A DNA stretch of 64,000 nt from Chrysomallon squamiferum (taxonomy: Eukaryota > Animalia > Mollusca): the NCBI GenBank assembly GCA_012295275.1, contig CM022679.1, forward strand, positions 11,036,001 through 11,100,000, written 5' to 3'. A model generated the notes under the pieces. The model was not told the DNA's origin. It ran no database searches and was given only the letters and a program-made list of their open reading frames with translations. This document shows, piece after piece, positions 55,391 through 64,000 of this stretch; position 1 is the first letter of the stretch; each line of letters begins with the position of its first letter. Made by a program: the position numbers and the translations under genes.

Positions 55391-56197
55391 AAACAAACAT
55401 ATATATACACTTACTGTTCTTTTTTCAGTGGCAGTTTCAGTTTAAACATTTCCATGATGTTAAACTATTTTAGTTTTCTTTTTTCCTCCATTTACACATG
55501 TCAAGCATTTGATTATTTACTGCTTCAGTTGGCAAAAATAATTTTATCTTTCTTATTTATTGTAATTTTGTTTCAAAATCAATTCTAAAGACTTTTTTTT
55601 TTCCTTTTTTAACTAAACAATAAATTACAGCTTGTTTGAACTTTCTTTGAGTTTTGTCCGAAATGTTTGATCATCTCCTTTTTCTGTGATTATTTCTAAA
55701 TGTCATAGGACTGGCACCAATCCAAAGGTCAAACACTAACCTACTAACTGTAATATTTTAAAACTATAAGAATAACATTTACCATTTCAGTCATTTACCA
55801 CACAATGTTAGCCTAATAGTTCCTGTATATACTTCTAAAATATTCCATATTTAATAAATATCTTTTCCAGTTATTATGGTTAACATTTTTTTAATTTAAT
55901 GCTTGCCAAAAAAATTAAATAAAAAAAATTAAAGCAAAAAGCTCTCCTACTGTTTAACTTTTTGTCACACTAACACAACAATGGTTTGCATTCCTTAATC
56001 TTTTTTTTTTTTTCTTCTTTTTTTTTCTTTTATTTAACTGAAATGTGTTTCACAAGTCTCTTATTTCCAGCAAAGTGGATTCCATATATTTATATTACTG
56101 CTACTAATATATTATGTTTTTGAGGCCTATCTTATTTTCACTAAAGGGTATACAACAAGTAGAAGCTATTTCTGCTGATGTGTATGCTATATATTCT

Positions 56198-56387
56198 GAA
56201 CTGGATTTCAGAGGTATATTCTTTTTTTTCTTGAAGTGGATTTCAGAGGTATATTCTATTTTTCTTGAAGTGGATTTCAGAGGTATATTCTTTTTTTTCT
56301 TGAAGTGGATTTCAGAGGTATATTCTATTTTTCTTGAAGTGGATTTCAGACGTATATGTTATTCTAAAGAAGTGGATTTCAGAGGTG
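56198..56387. repeat. 34/35-bp minisatellite with 69-bp higher-order unit
   Basis: GAAGTGGATTTCAGAGGTATATTC-type units start at 56198, 56233, 56267, 56302, 56336 and 56369. Confidence 0.92.
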
Positions 56388-57766
56388 TAAGCTTTCATAA
56401 CCTGTATCATATTAACATCAGTGTCATTTTCAGAAGATACTACATACATATTCCAGAACTGTAGAGATGCTTTCAAGGATTACATGATGGTTCTAAATAC
56501 AACCATTCCTTCTTGATACTAAAGATATGCAATTGTGTTTGTACATTTTGGCTCTAAAAACATGTATTACAGAGATATAAATTGATTCTAAAGGCTTCAA
56601 CTTCAGAACAATATAAAGATAGGCATTCCAGAGATGGACATTAGTTCTAGAGATATGCATTCCTGAAATGTATATTGATTCTAGAGAGATGCATTCCATA
56701 TGTGTATGTGATTTCTACAGATATACAGTGCCGAGGTGTATGTTGTTTCACAGATAACAGAGACAACTGGCAGACAAAGTATGATATTGAATGACCAGCT
56801 AGTGCCTGTTGGCTGAATCAATGTCTATGGTTATTCAGTTTAAAAAACAAAAGAAAATTTGCATTGTTTCTTCACATCTGACTGCAATGTTACATCTACT
56901 GGACAACATACATACATATACAGGTAGCCAAGTGTTGCATGGATTAAATGATTCTTTGGCAGCAGTGGTGATGAGTAATCTTCAGTGCATTTGTTACATG
57001 TCTTGTGTCACTTATTGCTCATCATTGCAGCTGAGATGGATTCTGAAATGTGGATATTTTTTTATTTTGTGTCTTTAAAGTTATTCTAAGGAAGGTCTGT
57101 GGTTTTGGGAGGGTATTCTTTTTGGTAATCTTTTGAATTTTTTTGTTATTGACATTTTATTTTACAGTCTCTGCTGTTATAATAGAATAAGAAAATAAAG
57201 AATTAAAAGTTATTTTTGCTGGCTTTTTTAATTTCTGTTGAGATTGTTGTTGAGTGAAATTTAACAAATCATCACAATAATATTTCCATTATCAAGGTAT
57301 TTATACAAATTTATTGTTCATTTATCTGTATATCTGAAGCTCTCTTATTTATTATCATTTATATTTTAAATTCAGTTTAGTTAGTTTCTGCTTGTTTTAA
57401 GCATTTTTTAATTTATTACAATTAACAAATGCAATTGTAATTAAATTATCTGGTTTCTGTGGGGTACGGTTTACATGAGCAAGGATTATTTCAAGTACAC
57501 AGAGGAAATTGCTTCACAGAATTATATCAACATCTCTGCTTGGGAATCTTGCAGTACACTGAAGACACTTTGAACAGCAGAACTAATTATGAACAAAAAA
57601 CCCCAAAAGAACTGTAAATACAAAACAGAAAACATCTCAAAGAACTGATAGAGCAAATCTGCAGCCAGAATCGACCATCAGACTGAAGATGTTTTCAAAG
57701 GAGGAAACAAGTCTTGAGGACAAAAGGACTGAGGATGGTAATGCTGTATGAATAACTACATCTGTA

Positions 57767-57837
57767 GACAAGCCTGGTTTTCACAATGATTTGCCAGAAA
57801 GATTGATTCTGAGATCATTGTGAAAACTGATTTTGTC
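57767..57837 (+). ncRNA. bantam: bantam microRNA precursor hairpin
   Basis: 5' arm CTGGTTTTCACAATGATTTGCCAG (57774-57797) pairs with 3' arm TGAGATCATTGTGAAAACTGATT (57810-57832) over ~18 contiguous pairs (including G:U) plus a short upper stem. The lower stem GACAA/TTGTC closes the hairpin, and the geometry fits a 2-nt 3' overhang. The 3' arm matches the bantam mature sequence as I recall it. Confidence 0.97.
57810..57832 (+). ncRNA. bantam: mature bantam-3p (seed GAGATCA)
   Basis: TGAGATCATTGTGAAAACTGATT. The TGTGAAAACT variant is the one I recall from molluscs/annelids; Drosophila has TTTGAAAGCT. Confidence 0.95.
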
Positions 57838-58677
57838 ATTTAAATCATCTGATTGGTCACAAGTGGGATGGGAAGGTCTGAAGATATGATGTCAGGATTT
57901 GGTTGGTCACAGCTTCAGAGAGGTAAGATAATATTATTATTATTATTATTAATATTGTTCTTGTTGTTATTTTTTCTGTAATTATTTTTTACATTTTTAC
58001 ATATATATATATATATATAAGTTGTTGTTTTTTTTCATATGATAACTGACAAACTGGAAGATTTTGATAGTAAATTTATACCAATGTATTAATTTTTATT
58101 TAAATGTAATTTAAAATATTTTATTGTAATTATTAAAGTTCTTTTTATTTTTGAAAACTTATTTATAAATATATAATATGTCCTGTTTCTATTTTCTTCT
58201 ATTAATCATCATTCACTTTTCAGATTTAACGATATCTTTACATTTAACAAGATTTTTTTATTAAACTCATAATGCTGAATTTAAATACCCTGTTTCTCTC
58301 TTAAATGCACCTAACTTTATACATTTATTCTGTTACATACATCCTTGCTACTTACGTTTTGTACTTATCATAGACACTAGATGTTAATTAACTTCATAAA
58401 CAGTTTGTTACATTGTTATTTCTGGATACATTAAACATTTTGTCTTGGCGATTTTTATCTTTGCAAACATTTAACCAAATTCCTTGATGGTTTCTAGTCT
58501 CTTGTTTTTTTATTTTTATAAAGAAGTAAAAGTTTTGCTTGACGTAATTAAAACAAGAACGATCTGACTCATTCTCCGACTGCTGACATCGTGTTTTATC
58601 AGTTTACTCACAAATGAAAAATGCTTCTGTCCAGACTGTAGCTGTTTTGTGCCATTGTGTGCCACTTGGAAACAAGA

Positions 58678-58735
58678 AATAAATAAAACAGTTTTGTTAT
58701 TCTTCGTTTGTTATTTCTTTTTTCTTTCTTTTTTA
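58678..58735 (+). terminator. candidate polyadenylation signal for the bantam primary transcript
   Basis: Overlapping AATAAA (58678 and 58682) followed by a U/GU-rich tract, close to the CpG transition. AATAAA is common in this AT-rich DNA, so weak alone. Confidence 0.25.
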
Positions 58736-59060
58736 TAGACTTAGTAGAAAATACTTGGAAAGTATATATATTTTTTTAAATATTTTTACGTCAGATGCAG
58801 CATCTGGATAAAAAAAAAAAAAGAAAAAAAAACATTGTTTAGAGTCTTTGGATGCTTATGAAATGAGCCAACGTTTTAATGCAATTAATGATGACATAAT
58901 TTAACTCCACTTGGGGGGGAAGGATTAAAAGTGGCAATTTTGTCATGCTTTGGGTCATGAAACCAGGATTTGCGTGTCTGTTAAATTAATGGTTGTAAAA
59001 CTTTGTTACACAAACCAAGAACAAATTTCTAGAGATGAAACGTTTTGTATTTATGCTTTT

Positions 59061-59092
<32 letters not shown>

Positions 59093-60592
59093 TTTTTTTA
59101 ATGCATACGACTGGGTATCTTATTACTCTTCCTCCTATAATAAAGCTGCATTTACATAAACAAATGAACATTTATTTTACAAGAATACCTTTGGCTTTGC
59201 TAACCTTCATATAAATTCTACATTTATCTTTAGTTAAAATAAAAAAAAAAAAGGTTTTAAAACCCAGTATATGTTACACAGCTGACAGCCGCCATACAAA
59301 AATGTTTAATAATTAAAAACAAAAAACGTTTTACAAGGGAGATAGGGACCTATAATAGGAAAAGGGGAGATAATTATAAAACTATTAAGAGTGTGGAAAT
59401 CAAGGGTCAACGTATATTGTGTGCGTCGGTGTGTGTGTGTGATGGAGTGAGTGAGTGTGTCAGTAAGTACAAAACATTGTCTTACAATGAACCAAATTTA
59501 ACAGTAAGAAACGATGTCGTAGAATGATGCAGTGTTCAGCACGAAATGAGAGTAAAATATTAGCGGGTGATGAATAAATCGTAGATTAACATTAACACTC
59601 GATTATTACATTCATTCATTTGCTCGTGACCAAACTACATGTTAGCACACTGAATCAGGTGTAAGGAATGTTAGCACGGCAAGCAGTGTTTGTCATACAG
59701 GTGTTTCAACAGCCTCTAGACATTGTCAGACTATTTCTGTTTCAACCACAGAACGCCGTGTTCAAGACTTGCTGATTTGACATCCACACCTGTGACTTGT
59801 CAAACCCCACTGAGCGCTGGTTGGACAACTGGACATAAACGTGTTACGTAAACACTCGATCAATGACGATCCAAAACTTCCAGGATTTTGAAAGTTTTTT
59901 CCGTAGTTATGAAACATAAAATGTATAGTGTTATAGGTATTGGAGCCACATGCTACTAGGACGTTATATATATATAGCGAGATTACAAAACATTTGAACA
60001 AACCCGGTGCTGTAAGTTCATGATCTGTTCTTGTCGAGCAGAAGCAAGAATTATTTTAGACTTACAAAGGTGCGTGCTACTACTAAATGATACACAGACT
60101 GGAACGACACAATCTGTGGGCGCAGTGAAAAAGATTCGATCACACCTCCGAATAAATGCACTGGGTTATATACTAGAACCTGTAACGTTTTCAGTTCATT
60201 TCAGACAGAGAGAAGTGATTTTAATTTCAATACATTTTCTGAAGATCAAACAAGAGCAGTAAATAACTAAAATTAAAACACATGGTATAATAACACAACA
60301 ACAGAACAATTTATTTTCTAACAAGTTGAAGCGTGCATGTTAATTCCGCGCCTTTCACAGCGTTCCGACTTGTTTTATTCATTTATTTTTTTATTTTATT
60401 TTATTTTATTTCCTTGTATGTGTCTGTGTGTACATATGGGTTGTTTATATGTTCAGTGACTTTTTACCATTTATTTTTTAAAATTGAAATAAACGGTCAG
60501 AAAAATGTTTGATGTTAATTTAGTTTTGTTATTTTTTTTTTTGTTTTTTTTTTTTTTTTTTTTTTATTTCCTTCTCTGTATCTATCAGTATT

Positions 60593-60596
<4 letters not shown>

Positions 60597-60644
<48 letters not shown>

Positions 60645-60650
60645 TGTGTG
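60597..60650. repeat. (TG)n microsatellite
   Basis: Direct reading. Confidence 0.93.
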
Positions 60651-62959
60651 TCTTTCAGTCTGCTCTCCGTTTACTATTTATCATATTTTATTTCATTTAT
60701 ATTTTTTTTATTTTATTTTTATTTTTTTTCACGAACGTACGTTATTGGCGAACCTGTTAACTTTTCATTTAGATAGCTTGATAAAATAAAAAAAAAGATA
60801 AAAAAAAAGGGGTAGAATGAAATCATCACTAATTTTAAATTTGTGACAAACACACGAGACACAAAAAGAACCCTCGCCCGAGATCGTGTCTGATTTCATG
60901 AACGAAAACAGTCTCATGTAGCTTTTTTTTTTTTCCTCCTTGTTTTTCATTTCCTTCCTGTCCCAGGTATTTTCTTTGTCGCGTCCTACAAGTCATCGAG
61001 AATCAAACCATGCGCTATTAATGCATGGAAATCTTTAGAAAGTTACGCCATTGCGGGCTACTTACTAAGATAACCAACAACGACATTCATTTTAAAACGA
61101 GAGAGATACGTTTACTCGTCTCTTTGTGTTTTGCAATAAAAAAGTCGTCTTAATCCATTATTTCGATATAAACGGGATATTAAAGTTTTGCTGCGGTTAT
61201 ATAACGTCACAGAAAATGTATACATCTTCTAAGAAGGCGAAATATAAAGAAGAAGAAGAGACAAAAAACGGGTGATAAAAAAAGGAATATTTAGAAAAGA
61301 AAACATAATGTCATTTAAAATGAATACGTATGATGCTTGAAAATCGAGTCACACAATTACTCAAATGTACACTTGAAAAAAAAAAATGTTAAAAAAAATA
61401 AAAATGAATGTAAACAAGAAATATGTACATGAACAAGATAAAAATGTCATGGCCGTATTTTTAAACTTGAACAAAAATATATCTAATTATTATTTCATTA
61501 ATTATTTTCTCTGCTAAATGACATGAATCAGCTAAATCAGCTATGCCAGTGAAGGCGTTTGACCATCTACAGTAGAGACGGAATTTAGTTCTTATTAGAA
61601 GAAACTATCAGTTTGAAATTTAAAAACAATAATAATAATAAATTCTTTTTGTGGGGGAGGGTCATTAAAAAATTTAAATTACAAATGAAATGTATTATAA
61701 ATGCATAATTTATGTAAAAGAAGAAAGTAAAATAGAAAATTAAAAAAATTAAATTAAAAATTAAAAAAGGAAAATTATACTATTTTAAAAAAACAAAATA
61801 AAAAAAAAGACTTTTGAAAGAAAAGAACCAAAATAAATGAAAATAACATTAAAAAGAAATTATCTGAAAGAAGAAAAAAGACAGAGAAACAATAAACAAA
61901 GCAGTAAATACGTATTATCGTAATAAAGCAATTAAAAGGGTTTCAAGCAGAAAAGATAACAGATATTTACGTCACTACGCAAGTCAACTAGTCAACGTGC
62001 AAAACTTCTTAGCGTTATTTTCGTAAAACAAACAAAAAGAACAAAACGTAGTATTAAAATATAAGTCGGTAATATTTATCTATAGAATCTGAAGTTAAAG
62101 CTGCAGGTTATACTGAAAATCCATATATCTATTTAAAATGTATTTTAGAAGAAAACAATCACGGCAAAGGTATGTTAAATAAATAAATAAAAAACAAAAT
62201 AAAATTTTGAAAAATTTTGAAAAATTGAAATAAAATGAAAAATTACGTTTTAAACAACGTTAAATTTCGAATAGATCCGATCAGCTTTCTGATTTTTTTC
62301 ACTGATCCCTGAGATAAATCCTGGTTTATAATTAATGGTGTTGTGTAACATGACGAGATGTGAAACTTGCAGGATTGGCAATGCTTTATGCTTGTTCTCT
62401 CGCGCCCTGCTTTTACAGCTGGTCTCGCCCAATCAGCGAAACTAAAATAAGTTTTATTCCATTGAATTCCTACAGTGACGAATCGAAAGATTACGGCATG
62501 TTTTTTTCCTGACTAGTGGACGGTACATTTCAAAAGAATCTTTTGCTTAGTGTAGTCCATAAAAAAGGCAAAGAAGGATTAATTTCTGGAGATAGATTTT
62601 TCATTCGATAACTGTCAGTGCACGTTATTCAGTACATTGAATATGCGATTAAATCGCAGTATCAGCTTTCGAGCAGTTCCTGAATAATGTTATACAGTCA
62701 GAACGTTTCAACGGAAAAGGCTACTTAAATACCTCATCTAATGATTATAACAGAAATCAGAAATCATCAATTTAAAGAAACATAAAAACGACATTTCTGA
62801 ATCATAGATTACAGAAGTTAGACAAATGCGTTTATAATTTTTCATGATACTGATTTTTGCCTGAGCATGTTAATTTTTTGAAATCACAGGGAATGGAATC
62901 AAAATGAAGCTAACGACATAAGGAATATGAGTATTTCTATAATTAACTAACCCGAAATA

Positions 62960-63013
62960 TGATTATGCTTTCCTGTCCATGGGAAGGTGAATTTAAAAAA
63001 TGAATTCTTGATG
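62960..63013 (+). mobile_element. SINE central-domain fragment
   Basis: TATGCTTTCCTGTCCATGGGAAGGTGAATTTAAAA fits the same central block. Confidence 0.45.
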
Positions 63014-64000
63014 ATATCTGTCCTAATTCTCGTTTATTTCGAACCAGTAATAAAATATTATGAACACATAAAAATAAAAAAATATATTTTTTAAAATCCC
63101 CAAAAATCAACAAAAAAATCCAACAGTTTATTTTAATATAACGATTTTAAATTTTATTTTATGACAAATGTATTTTATATATTTATTGAAATTTCTTCTG
63201 AATTTATTTTCGAAACGTGCTCTGTCACTTTTTTTTTTTTTATTATTTTTTTTTCATACAGATTTATGAACATATAGTATTTGTTTTTGTTGTCTTTGGT
63301 TTTAGAATTTAGATACTAAGTATATATACACTAATTATATAATATAGCGATTAATATTTCAAATAAAGCATCTTTGACATAAATGACTGTCATAAGTTAA
63401 CAGACGAAATCTGGATCTGAAACACAAACTTCTCAGTTATAAAAAAGTTTACATTATGCTAGTATTCAGAACTAACATCTCAACCAGTACCGACCATTCT
63501 AAAACAAATCAAAGTCATGTAGACACGACAGGCAAATCCAATAGTTATTAGTAAGATTATTTGTAATAAAATTTAGGTTTCAATTCTGTGCAAATGGCCA
63601 CAATCTTTTGCATGTAAATTAACATTTCTTCATTACATTTTAATATTGACCGTTATTCGGTGTCAATCAATTCTTTGTCCCGCCCACGGCAACATTCTAG
63701 TTTTGTATGTGACTATCGATCGCCGATTTGATAATACACGTAATGTTAAATCATTCCTTGATTTTCAGTTATAATCTTTTTGAAATTGATAAGATGCGTT
63801 AAATACATCTATTCGCCATTACTGAAAATACTACCATTGATCTTAAAATGCAATGGACAATGATAAAATTGGTTCCTAAAGGTATATTAACACTACATCA
63901 TTTACAGGATCATTATAATGTCTGGTTACGATTGAACTAATCAAAACCTGAAAAAAATTAGAATGCACTGAAAAATGAAGATAACAAAATGTATGTTACC

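Overview
AT-rich animal genomic DNA with dense microsatellites and no convincing protein-coding gene; almost all listed ORFs are translations of simple repeats. The one firmly recognisable gene is the microRNA bantam on the + strand (hairpin ~57767-57837; mature 3p TGAGATCATTGTGAAAACTGATT at 57810-57832, the form I recall from lophotrochozoans). Decayed tRNA-derived SINE fragments resemble a gastropod family, so the source is probably a mollusc (inference). The first ~58 kb are strongly CpG-depleted and punctuated by short CpG-retaining, motif-rich islands, and CpG returns within a few hundred bases downstream of the hairpin. This suggests a very long, body-methylated pri-bantam or host transcript ending just after the hairpin, inside a regulatory gene desert. 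Several minisatellites have higher-order structure. Everything beyond the bantam call and the repeats is hypothesis.
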